A DNA stretch of 64,000 nt from Octopus vulgaris. Taxonomy: Eukaryota. Both the position numbers and the translations under genes were made by a program. Positions 52,011 to 63,931 of this stretch are shown here, in pieces; within the stretch, counting starts at the first letter, position 1, and the number at the start of each line of letters is the position of its first letter. Under the pieces are notes generated by a model. That model made no database searches and was not told the origin of the DNA. It saw nothing but the letters and a program-made list of their open reading frames with translations. The stretch is taken from positions 99,200,001-99,264,000 of the forward strand of contig OX597823.1 in assembly GCA_951406725.2 (NCBI GenBank). Direction: 5' to 3'.

Positions 52011-52833
52011 GTGTGTGTGTGCACATGTATTCCTTGTGTTGCCTTGGGCCCTTAAATCCATGATGGAGTCCTAAGGGCATCTCCAGGTTTGGACACAGCC
52101 AATTTCTTCCAGAAACTGAGACATACAAGCAAACTGAAATAAAAACATGTGAGAAAGGAAAGATTCTACCCCTGATACTTTATTTTTTTAACTCCTAAAA
52201 GAATGGATAGCAATGTTTACCTATGTTGGATTTGAGACCAGGGGCCCCTATGCATCAACACATATGTGTACAGGCCTAGGCAAGAGTTTTTGGGGAAGAC
52301 TGGCAGTTGTTCATGCATGCAAATCTCTCCACTCCACAACATTGATGTTTATTCAAAGGAAAGGACATGGGCAATGTAGCTGGCAACTGTTAGAACAGAT
52401 CAGCTCTGGAGGAACAGGTTTGTAATGAAAAGTGTTTTTGGTTTGACTGTCCAGTCTTTTCTTTTGGGAGGAGGAGCAGCAGCACAGTGTATCTAGGACT
52501 ACATTATCCAGTGAACCCTTTCTTTAATAAGACAGTTGCTTGTTACTTGAGGAGGTATATGGCTTCTAAGTTTAGATGATTGAATGATTTACATAAAAGC
52601 TTCATTGTCTAGAAGCAAATTTGAGACTAGAAACAAATTTGTTTGGATTCTATATAGATATGCCAAAAACAACAATAACAAAACAAAAAAAAATTACCAA
52701 AAGAACTTGATGTTCTTGCATTAATCAATTAATGCACTCATGTTCTCCTCTCTTCTTAATCTCCCACTTTCTCTCTCTCTCTCTCTTTTTGCTCTTCTCA
52801 CTTATTCTCCTTTCTCTATTTCATGTTCTAAAG

Positions 52834-53089
52834 TTGATGAATCTACCAGAATTTGAAGCCAGTAAACGAATCTCAATCTACCTGAGTACTTCTGATGAGG
52901 TGCGGACAGAATCAATTATGAAGAAAATACTGGCTTCCAATAAGACTTGTTTCATTCCACATTATAGTGGCACAAGCATGAAAATGGTAGCACTAAAGTC
53001 TCTAGAAGATTATGAAAATCTTCCATTGACTAGTTGGAATATAAAGCAACCTAGTGATGATGATGTTCGCACTGATGCTCTAGAAACTG
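52834..53089 (+). CDS. MTHFS: MTHFS exon 2 of 3
   Basis: AAG|LMNLPEFEASKRISIYLS..DEVRTE...CFIPHY...LPLTSWNIKQP...ALET, donor G|GTAAGA. Confidence 0.93.
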
Positions 53090-53144
53090 GTAAGAATGCC
53101 ATTTAGATTATTATTATCATTTTATGGAAAATGTAATTTATGTA

Positions 53145-53385
53145 ATCGATCCATCTATCTTCTTAGCCCACTATTTGTGCAAGGGCCTTGTGGATAGAGC
53201 CCTCAGGCACCTCCTCCACAGGATCCTATCAGAAACAGCCATCATTAGACTTTCCTGCTGGATTTCTAAGAGTGACCAGCTATGGATATTATATAACCAT
53301 CTTGCTTTTGGTCTACCCCTAAATCTCCTGTCACTTGGATTGGCTTGAAGAATCCATATTGCAATTCTTTCCTGTGACATTCTAA
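53145..53385 (-). mobile_element. RTE LINE 3' end fragment
   Basis: LQANPSDRRFRGRPKARWLYNI...DRILWR C-terminal motif. Confidence 0.65.
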
Positions 53386-53644
53386 TAATCTATATATAAG
53401 TGTGTATATGAAATAAGATATATATATATGTATGTGGCATGATATGATGTGTATAGCCATAAATTTTCTGTATTTATTAATCCATTTGCTACCATATGTC
53501 CATCAAAATGCCTATGCTTCAAATAATTTTGAAAATACGAGGAATTTTGTCGGAAATTTAAAAAAGTTTAGATGACATTAAAACAGAATACTTTGTATCA
53601 TAGAACTAGAGGTGGTCTCTAATGAATATTTTCTTCTTTTCCAG

Positions 53645-53895
53645 GTGGCTTAGACCTAATTGTGATGCCTGGGCTTGCATTCTCCTTGGCTGGAGCTCGT
53701 CTTGGGCGAGGCAAAGGCTACTATGATGCCTACCTGAAAAAATGCTATGAATATGGTAACAAACCTATTACAATTGCTTTGTGTTTCCATCAAATGTTAT
53801 TTGATAACATCCCTGTTATACCAGGTTCCGATATGTTTGTCAACAAGGTTATTTACCCAGATGAAGCAGATCTCATGGAGAGCAGAACTAGATGA
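53645..53895 (+). CDS. MTHFS: MTHFS exon 3 of 3
   Basis: CCAG|[13 protein letters not shown]...[13 protein letters not shown], the ATP-binding signature of 5-FTHF cyclo-ligases; total CDS 618 nt = 205 aa. Confidence 0.95.
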
Positions 53896-53939
53896 AAGCT
53901 TTGGCCCTTGTCCATTCCACCTAGGTTTCACCTGTGATT

Positions 53940-53962
53940 GATATGTGTGTATGTATGTGTGC

Positions 53963-54022
<60 letters not shown>

Positions 54023-54096
54023 ATATGTATATACATACACATACATATACTCACACATGTATGCATGTATTTTGTGTGTATATATTTGTGCGTGTA

Positions 54097-54146
<50 letters not shown>

Positions 54147-54262
54147 ATATATATATTGACTACATATATATATGTGTGTGTGTGTATGTAATATATATAC
54201 ATGTGTGTATGTTTACTACATATATATATATATACATATATGTATATGTATATATATATATA
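53940..54262. repeat. Compound (TA)/(TG) microsatellite after the MTHFS stop
   Basis: Direct inspection; similar tracts at 54620-54952, 55245-55386 and 62810-63208. Confidence 0.9.
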
Positions 54263-54310
54263 AAGGAAAGAATAAATGGAGTCTAAAGGAAGAGGGACAG
54301 CTGTTTAGTG

Positions 54311-54417
54311 ACCACTACACATGCTTTGATACAACATAGATCTACATATTATACAGGATTTAAATTAAGTAACAGTTTACCTGTATAGTAAGACCTAGTT
54401 GTATCTCTTCAGGTGAT
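54311..54417 (-). ncRNA. Decayed type I hammerhead motif with long stem II
   Basis: Minus strand atcac-CTGAAGA-gatacaac...gttgtatc-AAAG(for GAAA)-c-atgt-GTA-gtggt; stem I fully paired, catalytic GAAA mutated. Confidence 0.5.
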
Positions 54418-54758
54418 ATACAATTGCTGTCTCTGTAAGTAAATGTTTGATTTCGATGCTATTACATCCAAGTAGCTCTTTTTTTATTTTTCACACACGA
54501 GGAATGCCTAAGCCTAGAATTGGTAGTATACCATAATACTGCTGGCTATCTGGTAATTCTAAGGGTGAACGAGCTCTATTTTGTACCCTAATGCATTCTT
54601 AATGGAATACACCTCAACTACGTATATATATATATATATATATATATGTAGGTATACATATATATGTATATGTGTGTAAATGTGCTTGTATGTAAATGAG
54701 TATCCATATATCTGATTACATGTATGTGCATGTCTATATATGTGTTTGTGCACATATG

Positions 54759-54799
<41 letters not shown>

Positions 54800-54832
54800 G
54801 TATGTATATGTATAGATATGTATGTATGTATG

Positions 54833-54886
<54 letters not shown>

Positions 54887-55239
54887 TATATATGTGTGTG
54901 TTTGTATATATATGTGTGTGTGTGTGTATATATGTATATATATATATATATAGTTTTTGTATTTGGTTTGCAAGATTCTTTATGTGAATTTATGTGTTGG
55001 AGTATATTTTGTTGTGTCTGAGGAGAATCGTTCTGTATGCACATGCACACTGACACACACAGATGTGCACAAACAAACAAAAAGAACGCAGCTCTGATAA
55101 CTGACAGAGTCAAGGACTATTGGAGAGGTTGCAAGAAGCAACAAAAATTTTAGAAAAAATAAATAAGTAAATGAGTGGAAATCAAACTGGTGAGTGTGTT
55201 AATTAATAAGGCACTTAAAAACAGAATGACTCCCAAGAC

Positions 55240-55284
<45 letters not shown>

Positions 55285-55532
55285 TATGTATGTGTGCATC
55301 AGTATGTACTTGTATAGGATATATGCAGGCATACATACATACATACATGTGTGTGTATACATACATATACATATGTATATATATATAACTAAAAATAAGG
55401 GTGTCTGAGAGACACCACCATGCCGAAATAGCAGGCAAATCCCTGACTCTAAAAACCACCTTAAATGTTCATATCGCACCATGAGATAAGACAGATGGAC
55501 AAAATAGACTAGCAAAAAGATATTACTGAATA

Positions 55533-55591
55533 ATTCAAGATCCTGGATTTCTAGCTTTGCTTTAAATAAGCTTTGCCGTCATCAGTTGAAT
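55533..55591 (-). ncRNA. Type I hammerhead ribozyme motif (inverted copy)
   Basis: Exact reverse complement of 55971-56029. Confidence 0.68.
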
Positions 55592-55970
55592 ATATCAGAG
55601 CACATAAATACAAATATATATATGCAGAACAAACGTTATACTTACATATACGAACGTCCATACATACATATATATGCACGTATGTACACAGCCAGTTTAA
55701 ATTGCTTGCCAAACACCTCATAAGCACGATATGGTCAAAATAAACACCGCAGTGAATATAGTGACGAATTATATAAATTTATAAATAAGGATAATATCGA
55801 TATTATCAAGTGGCCAGCATGGGAAAAAATACCATACAAAGGTAATAATTTTTTATAACTAAAAATAAGGGTGTACATACGTGCATATATATGTATGTAT
55901 GGACGTTCATATATGTAAGTATAACGTTTGTTCTGTATATATATATATTTGTATTTATGTGCTCTGATAT

Positions 55971-56029
55971 ATTCAACTGATGACGGCAAAGCTTATTTAA
56001 AGCAAAGCTAGAAATCCAGGATCTTGAAT
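55971..56029 (+). ncRNA. Type I hammerhead ribozyme motif
   Basis: attcaa-CTGATGA-cggcaaagctt(attta)aagcaaagcta-GAAA-tccagg-ATC-ttgaat: 6-bp stem I, bulged stem II, near-palindromic stem III, AUC cleavage triplet. Confidence 0.7.
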
Positions 56030-57534
56030 TATTCAGTAATATCTTTTTGCTAGTCTATTTTGTCCATCTGTCTTATCTCATGGTGCGATATGAACATTTA
56101 AGGTGGTTTTTAGAGTCAGGGATTTGCCTGCTATTTCGGCATGATGGTGTCTCTCAGACACCCTTATTTTTAGTTGTAAAAAATTATTACCTTTGTATGG
56201 TATTTTTTCCCATGCTGGCCACTTGATAATATCGATATTTAAATATCGATATTATCCTTATTTATAAATATATATATGCATATATAACTGTATGTGTATA
56301 TAACTGAACCATACTAGTAATAGAATAGTATATATGGAATTTTTGTTGTTTTTATCTTTTTGAATTTATTCTAGGTTTTGTTTAATTTTCCTTTTTAAAT
56401 TTATTTGTTTTAATTTTTCACAATGAAAAAGAAAATCAAAACAACCAGCAGTTTAGCAGAACATTTTTTTTAATGGAGAATAATTTGGATAAATAAATTG
56501 TTTTTTTTTTTACTGCATGTATGATCAATTCATTGTTTAAAATATTGTATGTTTAATTATGTATATTGCATTAGTCTGTGTTTATGTAAGCATGCGTCAC
56601 TCCTGCTAATGGTTCTTTAACCCTGTGTAATGTGAGGATGTTAAAATGATGTGTTGTATCAAACCATTCTCGATGTCTCACAAAGTGATGTAATCAGCTG
56701 CATCAAGTGTAACTTTTGTTCTTTGTTTTTTTTTTCTTGCCATCATCATCAGGTGGGTCTGTGGTTTTAGCCTGATGGAGCAGAGCTATGATCAAAAGCT
56801 TACCTGCCATGCCCACCCTTTCTCTTTTTCTTCAGGTATTGTATATCTAATGATACGTTATAGGTGCAGATATAACTGTTGGCTTCTCAACCATGTGTGG
56901 GTTAGTTTCACTGTGCTACTAATTGGGCTAGTGTCTTTTACTATAACCCCAGGCTAACCAATGCTTTTTGAGTGGAGTTTTAAAGACAAATCTGTAAGCG
57001 GCTGAGATTTGCTGTTGAGCTTTCGTTTTAGTTCTCAAAAAATCTGCACCTGTTGAGGGATAACTCTGTCACTGAACAGGATGCTTGTCCCTTGTAGAAT
57101 TTGTCATCTGTAGAAATTAAAGTCACCACATGGTACAGTGGTTAGGGTGTAGGGTTCACAGTTGTTAGGTTGTGGGGTCAATTCTTGAACCTGGCTGTGC
57201 ATTGTGTTGTTGAGCAACACACTTCATTTCATGTTATGTCAAAATACTTAGCAGAAAATTAGTATCTGCAGGTTAAATCTGCTACAGAATGGTGTTCTGT
57301 TCAGAGGGCACAGGGGAGTAGTCTTGTATGTTATACCTAAATACCTTCTAAATCTGGACATGCTCCAGTGTCATGTACCTGTAGGTATGAGGGATGCAGA
57401 CTATATGCAAAAGTAGATGACAAGGGACCACAACAAGTTGCAAGCTACTTTTCTTTAGAAATTCTGTGTAACATATGCAAGCATGGGAAAACAGACATAA
57501 AATGAGGCTGCTGTTGCTGATGAGAATGATGGCA

Positions 57535-57857
57535 ACTGCATGGCACCTGGGGCAAGTGTCTTCTACTATATATATATACCCTCGGGCCTGCTAAAGCTTT
57601 GTGAGTGGATTTGGTAGAAAGAAACTTAAAGAAGTCTGTCGTATATATGTATATGTTTGTGTGTCTGTGTTTGTCCCCCTGCCATCACTTGACAACCAAT
57701 GTTGGTATGTTTACGTCCCTGTAAATTAGTGGTTTGGCAAAACAGACTGATAGAATAACTACTAGGCTTATAAAGAATAAGTCCTGGGGTTGATTAGTTC
57801 GACTAAAGGTGGTGCTCCAGCATGGCCATAGTCAAATGACTGAAACAAGCAAAAGAC
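57535..57857 (+). mobile_element. tRNA-derived SINE, 5'-truncated
   Basis: Colinear with 15090-15420. Confidence 0.8.
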
Positions 57858-58083
57858 TTTACATACGTACATATGTATATATTGTAGAGTACTGTTGTAA
57901 TTCCAACATTGAGAAAACTACAAATTCTAAGGGGAAACAGAGGAGTTGTCATAGGACTCTGGCTGGGAATATTCAAGTTGGCAGATGTTGTAGAGTCAGG
58001 TGAAAGTTGGTAAGTGGGAGATGTGGACAGAGTGACGCAATACAAATATATATTCTTCCTTCTTTTCTCTTTCTCTCTCAAAA

Positions 58084-58085
<2 letters not shown>

Positions 58086-58129
<44 letters not shown>
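58086..58129. repeat. (CA)n microsatellite
   Basis: Direct inspection. Confidence 0.95.
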
Positions 58130-58131
<2 letters not shown>

Positions 58132-59714
58132 TCTTAATGTTCCTCTTTTACTACACATTGACAGTTTTTGATATGTTTATCACTATATAGTGAAGCTACA
58201 AAATTAATTCAAAACAATGTGAATAATTATAACAATATTGGTTTCAGCACATAATTTCAAATCAAAATTCTTGCAAAACAAATTATAAAAAAGGATGATG
58301 TTTATTTTTGGAATATCTTTTTTTAAAAAAATTTTCTTTGATTTCTTATGTATTTCATTGATTTAGTAATTTTTCATTGCAAAAGTTTTATTTTAATTTT
58401 CATCTTTATTTTTAGTTCACTTTTTCTCCATATTTTTTCTTCGATGCTGAGTTTTTGTAAAAGAAATTCATATAATTCCAGCCTTTAGAACACTAAAATT
58501 AGAATACTGTAATAAATATCTGTCATTCAAACAGTGAACTAATTTCTTTAGTTAATTTGCATGCTTAGAGACTGATGTTTCTTCGCAGGCAAGAGAGGAC
58601 AACTATAGGCATGTCATGGTTTATTAAATCTCATCAGTGTAACAAAGCCTAACTAAGCCTGCAGATCAAATAACTAAGAGACTATGAGCGATGGCTAGAA
58701 GAATATTGAGCTTTATTTGATAACCAGTTGATCTAGCAAGCGGGTACTCATATCAGTGAGGGGGGGCTGGTGTGCATTGATGCTGTCGAGAGGTAGGCCC
58801 CGAAACGGCGTGCATTCTTTCCTGATGACCCCATACAATTGCTGGCTTCCAGTATGCGGAGTTTTTGACTGTTAGCACTTGCATGTGCAAGTTGTTTGGA
58901 AGACATCTAAATTGAAAAGATAAGAAGATACAACAAAGACGGCTTTCAATCTAAAGGGATCTTAACAGACAAAGGCATAGCTTCAACAGTGTCCTTTTTA
59001 TCCCAACCTATATACAAGCTATATAAGCTGATCTTCATTAGATAGCTGCCTTCATAGCATGAAATTACATGTCATATATTGACTTGAGTCTGAATCCCTT
59101 ATCTATTGAACAAGACTCTCTGCTACTCATCTACTTTTGCTCTGCTGTAGACATGAGATCATGTGATCTAAGAACTGTAGAATAAGTGTTTTTTCAGATT
59201 GTTGACACCTTTCACTTGTAATGTATTCTTCATGCTTATTCAAGTTTGAGAGCGAGAAAAACAAAAACAAAATCAAAAAGGAAAAATCCCAACATCCTTT
59301 GATTTCACTCTTTGAGTTATCGTCTAATTATAGTTGAAAGAAGACCTGATGGTAAATAAACTGATGTTGGTGCCAAGAATATGGTACAGGTAAATCTAAA
59401 AACCCAATCTTTAGTGACATGACAGTGATAATAATAAATAATGGTATATGTAGATATGTAGAAATAAATTTGTGTAAACAAAATTGACACCAAATGGAGA
59501 ATGTAACTACAACACAGAGTCTATACATGATGGAAGAATTTTGGTGTGTTTCTGGACAAGGAACTTTGAGCTGTTTTCTTAGATACTTTACTTGGTTTTA
59601 TCTGTTGGTAATTGTGAATCAGAGCAACGTTACCTGTGATAGACAAGCTTGACATTCCTTTCATCATGCATTGCCTCATATTAAAAGCTTGTATTGTATC
59701 TTCCACCTTTGTTG

Positions 59715-59750
<36 letters not shown>

Positions 59751-60114
59751 AATGTATACCCAAGAAAAATCCATAAATGTAGACTCTTATATTTGTAAAA
59801 CATATCATCAAGTCCAGAAAATGATGAAATTCTCGATGCATTTTTTTAATATATCTTTTAAGCTGCCATTACAAGAAAACATTCAAATAATGGAATTTTG
59901 GAAATTTGATTCTGTTTAAAGTAAAATGTATAAAAGACACATTAAAAATTTTGTATTTTGCAAAATAAAAATAAATACTAAAAAAAAGAAATGCTTTTAA
60001 ATTGATGTTGTAGTTATTTATTTCCCTTTATCTGTTGCTCTCTATTTTACTTTATCCGTGTGATTAAGAAGTTTACTTTCAGGTTTGTTCTCATGGCATG
60101 GCTCTGTGGATAGG

Positions 60115-60295
60115 CATCTTCTACATGTTCTGATCCATGGCTCGCTTCCTGTGCTTGTGATGCTTCACCAACCAAGAGACAGTGGAAGCTTCAGTGAAGG
60201 AATTCTTCATCTTGAAGGACAAGAACTGGCATCAGCATGGGATCAAAGAACTAGCAGACGGTGCAACATGGTGGCTTCTACTTTGAATGCTAGGT
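60115..60295 (+). mobile_element. Mariner transposase C-terminal fragment
   Basis: FTNQETVEASVKEFFILKDKNWHQHGIKELA...GFYFE resembles the mariner C-terminus. Confidence 0.55.
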
Positions 60296-60420
60296 TGTTT
60301 TTGTTGTAACTTGATGAATAAAGCAAATTAGTTACAAAAATATTGCAAAACTTTTGACTCAACACAATACGTGTTTGTGTGTATGCATGTATATATTGCA
60401 TATATGCATACATTATATAT

Positions 60421-61326
60421 ATTCAGTCATCCTATAAATAATGCAGTTTTTCAGTTGTATGAACTAAAAGTCGAATGGGGGATGGGATAAACTACCTGCA
60501 TCAACTTGCTATAAAAGCAGGTAGTAATTTTACCTTCTACTTATTCTTTAGCACATGTTTTGAAAAATGCAGTTCGATTTTAACAGTTATTTTTTCAAAG
60601 CTATAATGGAAGTGACAAAAGCATATTTTTAAGGCAACAACGCAACGGAAAGTGCAAGAAATATTAATGCAGTATTTGGGGATTGGACAATAAGCAGTAT
60701 CAATGGTGGTTCTAGAAATTCTGAGCTGGAAACTACAGCCAAGAAGATGAGCCCTGGTGGGACAAAATCCCATCGTAACTGTTGAGGAACTAGCTGAGAA
60801 GCTTGGATTTGGTCATTCAACCATTCATCGATACCTGCAGCAAATTGGGTCAATGGGTTCTTTTGAACTTTTAAGCCCAAACCAAACAATAACGAAGGAG
60901 ATCTACCGTGAGTAGATTGAGTGGCCTAAGTCAGTGCTAAAAATGTGTTCTTTCATCAGGATAATGCTTGGTCACATACGGTAATGATGACATTTGAAAT
61001 GCTGAAGCAGTTTGAATGGGAAACAATGCCCCACCCACCATATTCAATGGGCATTGTCCCATCTGATTATCATTTATTCTGCAGCTTTTAGAATCATTTG
61101 GATGGAAAAAGTATGAATTCTGTTGGTCAGAACAGTACTGGAAGAGTATCTTTCATCATGGACAAGTGAATTTTGGAAGAGGGCCCTTGCAAGTCTACCA
61201 GATAGATGGAAGAGCATTGTAGAAAATGAAAGAGAGTATATTTCAGATTAAAAAAAAACTTTGCTTATCTTAATTTTGAAAAATAAAACAAGTATTAAAA
61301 AATGCATTATTTATTGGATGACCTAA
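60421..61326 (+). mobile_element. Internally deleted mariner transposon
   Basis: TIRs TATTCAGTCATCCTATAAATAATGC / GCATTATTTATTGGATGACCTAATA; HQDNA and PHPPYS...PSDYHLF motifs. Confidence 0.85.
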
Positions 61327-61547
61327 TATTTATTCTTCTTAAACAAAAATATTGACAGTGACTTTGAAGTTTTGGCCAGCTAAGCTATCGTAAGACTGCC
61401 CGGATGTAAAATTGTTTTTTAATAACTAAACATAAAAACAGACATTAATATATATATATATATATATATATATGCATACATACATATATATATTTCGGAG
61501 ATGTACTTGCATAGTGAGTGACTTGATCTGAGATCGTGTGCTGGAAC

Positions 61548-61692
61548 AAAAACAATTGCAGCGTGGAAGGTGTTTATAAGCCATTTAAGAAACACACAAA
61601 ACCGTTAGATTAAATTTAAATGTTGAAGTGAATCTAACAGTTTTGTGTGTTTCTTAAATGGCTTATAAACACCTTCCACACTGCAATTGTTT
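61548..61692. repeat. About 62-bp near-perfect inverted repeat with 20-bp spacer
   Basis: 61548-61610 versus 61631-61692, two mismatches, set between (TA)n tracts. Confidence 0.85.
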
Positions 61693-61929
61693 GTTTATAT
61701 ATATATATATAAATAAGAAAATGGAGAAACAAATTCAGTTTGTTCATCAACTTACAGATATTATAATGTTAGATTATTTATTCATTTTACAAATGAGAAC
61801 ATCAAAAGCATACAAAATATTATATAAATCAATAGATAATATAATAATACAAATACAGTTTTTAAAAGTCATATAAATTATTGAAATCCAGAAATTACTT
61901 CTTTCAGCTGTTTCAGCCTATATATATGT

Positions 61930-61980
<51 letters not shown>

Positions 61981-62117
61981 CACACACAGACATGACAAGT
62001 AAATAGATACCTCATAAAACATTGATTTATGTTTATTTTGACATGAAAAGGTTTGTAATTTTTATTAATTGACATCTTTATATACACAGATGTATATATG
62101 TATACGTATATATATAT

Positions 62118-62323
62118 ATGTGTTTGTGTGTCTCTGTTTGTCCCCCAACATCGCTTGATAACCGATGCTGGTGTGTTTATATCCCTGTAACTTAGCAGTT
62201 TGGCAAAAGAGACCAACAGAATGAGTACTAGGCTTATAAAGAATAAGCCCTGGGGTCGATTTGCTCGACTAAAGGCAGTGCTCCAACATGGCCACAGTCA
62301 AATGACTGAAACAACTAAAAGAG
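62118..62323 (+). mobile_element. tRNA-derived SINE 3' half
   Basis: Colinear with 15220-15420. Confidence 0.8.
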
Positions 62324-62327
62324 ATGT

Positions 62328-62605
62328 GTAGAATGATCCAGTGGCTTTGTATTTTTCCATAGCTCCCGTGGTTACCATGATATTCTACTATAATAATACT
62401 CTTGTGTTTATGAATGAGAACGGATGGGGTGATAGATGAATAAAGAAGGAAGGGGGTGATGTCATATTTGGTAGTGGGATGATGAAAATTGTACGCGGAA
62501 AAAAATAAATCAAACTGCGTTTCAACTCTGTGTATATGTAAAGGGGGGTACGTGAATGTGTATGCATGCGTGTATGTGCATAAGCACGCACAATGGGTGT
62601 GGGAT
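62328..62605 (+). repeat. Dispersed repeat, second copy of 37318-37595
   Basis: Shared GCTCCC.TGGTTACC, TCTACTATAATAATAC and GTCATATTTGGTAGTG blocks. Confidence 0.6.
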
Positions 62606-62850
62606 GGTTCATCTTTGTTCACTTAGTTTATTTTTTGATTTGGTTGAATATTGGTTGGTTTTCTTTTTGTTAGCCAGTTATTTTTAGCATTTTGACAGAA
62701 AAAAGCCATTCTAAAATTGTTTTTTAACGTGTGCCCAAACAAGTCAAATGCTTACACAGAGCAGGTTTTATACAGCCACATCATCCAAACTGACCAGGCT
62801 TAGCTGCTAGTGTGTATATATATATATGTATGTATATATATATATATATG

Positions 62851-62924
<74 letters not shown>

Positions 62925-63113
62925 TATATGTATGTATATATACATATATGTATGTATATATATATACATTATATGTATATATATATAATGGCGGTGCCCC
63001 AGCATGGCCACAGCTCATAAGCTAAAACTGGAAAAATCAAATCATATATGTATACATACATATATATATATATACATATGTATACATACATATATATATA
63101 TATATATGTATAC

Positions 63114-63206
<93 letters not shown>

Positions 63207-63251
63207 CAGGGAAAAACTAGCTTTAGGATTAAATCAAATTTCACAGTATAA

Positions 63252-63899
63252 ATATAAATTAAATTAGAGATAAAACCACTATTAGGCAACTCAAACAGTG
63301 ATAGACATAAACCAAAACATAAAAAACAATAAATACATTTTTCTATCTATTTTTTTACCTTAAAAATTTATATTCAACATAATAAATGGGTTGCATGACA
63401 TAATCCTAATGTTTTAAGTTTCTAATTTGATAATAGAGTTTTTAATAAGAAAAATTATTATTTTATTTATTTCTTAAAAAATATTGCTTAACTCTATTTG
63501 CTTATTTATTTAACTATTATCATTAACCTGAAGATTGACTATAATTTTAATTCGAATTTTTAATTGAATTTAAACTTAATTGTAATTCGAATTGAATTAT
63601 AGCCATGAAACGTATGTAGTGTTTTTACTTATTATATTATATTAAACTTTTTAATACTTTTTGATTAGTTTAAAAAAAAAGTTAGAAGTTTAAAAGTTTA
63701 AAAATTTATAAATTTAAAATTAAAATATAAAAATTTATAAATATAAATTTAAAAATTCCAAATTTCAATAATTTAAATTTTATATTTTATATATATTTTG
63801 TATATTATATTAATTATATTTATCTTTTGTTTTTTATGTTTTGGTTTATGTCTATCACTGTTTGAGTTGCCTAATAGTGGTTTTATCTCTAATTTAATT

Positions 63900-63904
<5 letters not shown>
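63252..63904 (+). mobile_element. AT-rich hammerhead-bearing element, copy 2, with 78-bp perfect terminal inverted repeat
   Basis: 63252-63329 is the exact reverse complement of 63827-63904; CTGAAGA 63528-34, GAAAC-gtat-GTA 63607-18; homologous to 2160-2695. Confidence 0.7.

Positions 63905-63931
<27 letters not shown>

Larger units (their letters stand above)
55387..56269. mobile_element. Nested inverted-repeat element with two hammerhead copies (putative non-autonomous Penelope-like element)
   Basis: Near-perfect about 300-bp arms 55387-55689 / 55871-56175 and about 100-bp arms 55777-55874 / 56158-56269. Confidence 0.75.

Noticed and set aside
53797-55515. ORFs rich in YI/CV/HT repeats (also 62781-63289)
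   Set aside because: Translations of TA/TG/CA microsatellites
58776-58817. Hammerhead-like gatg-CTGTCGA-gagg(tagg)cccc-GAAAC-ggc-GTG-catt
   Set aside because: Core A6 altered, GUG is not a cleavable triplet and stem II is mismatched; may be chance within a possible exon/UTR
60083-60309. Host-gene exon after a TTTCAG acceptor
   Set aside because: An alternative frame resembles a mariner transposase C-terminus
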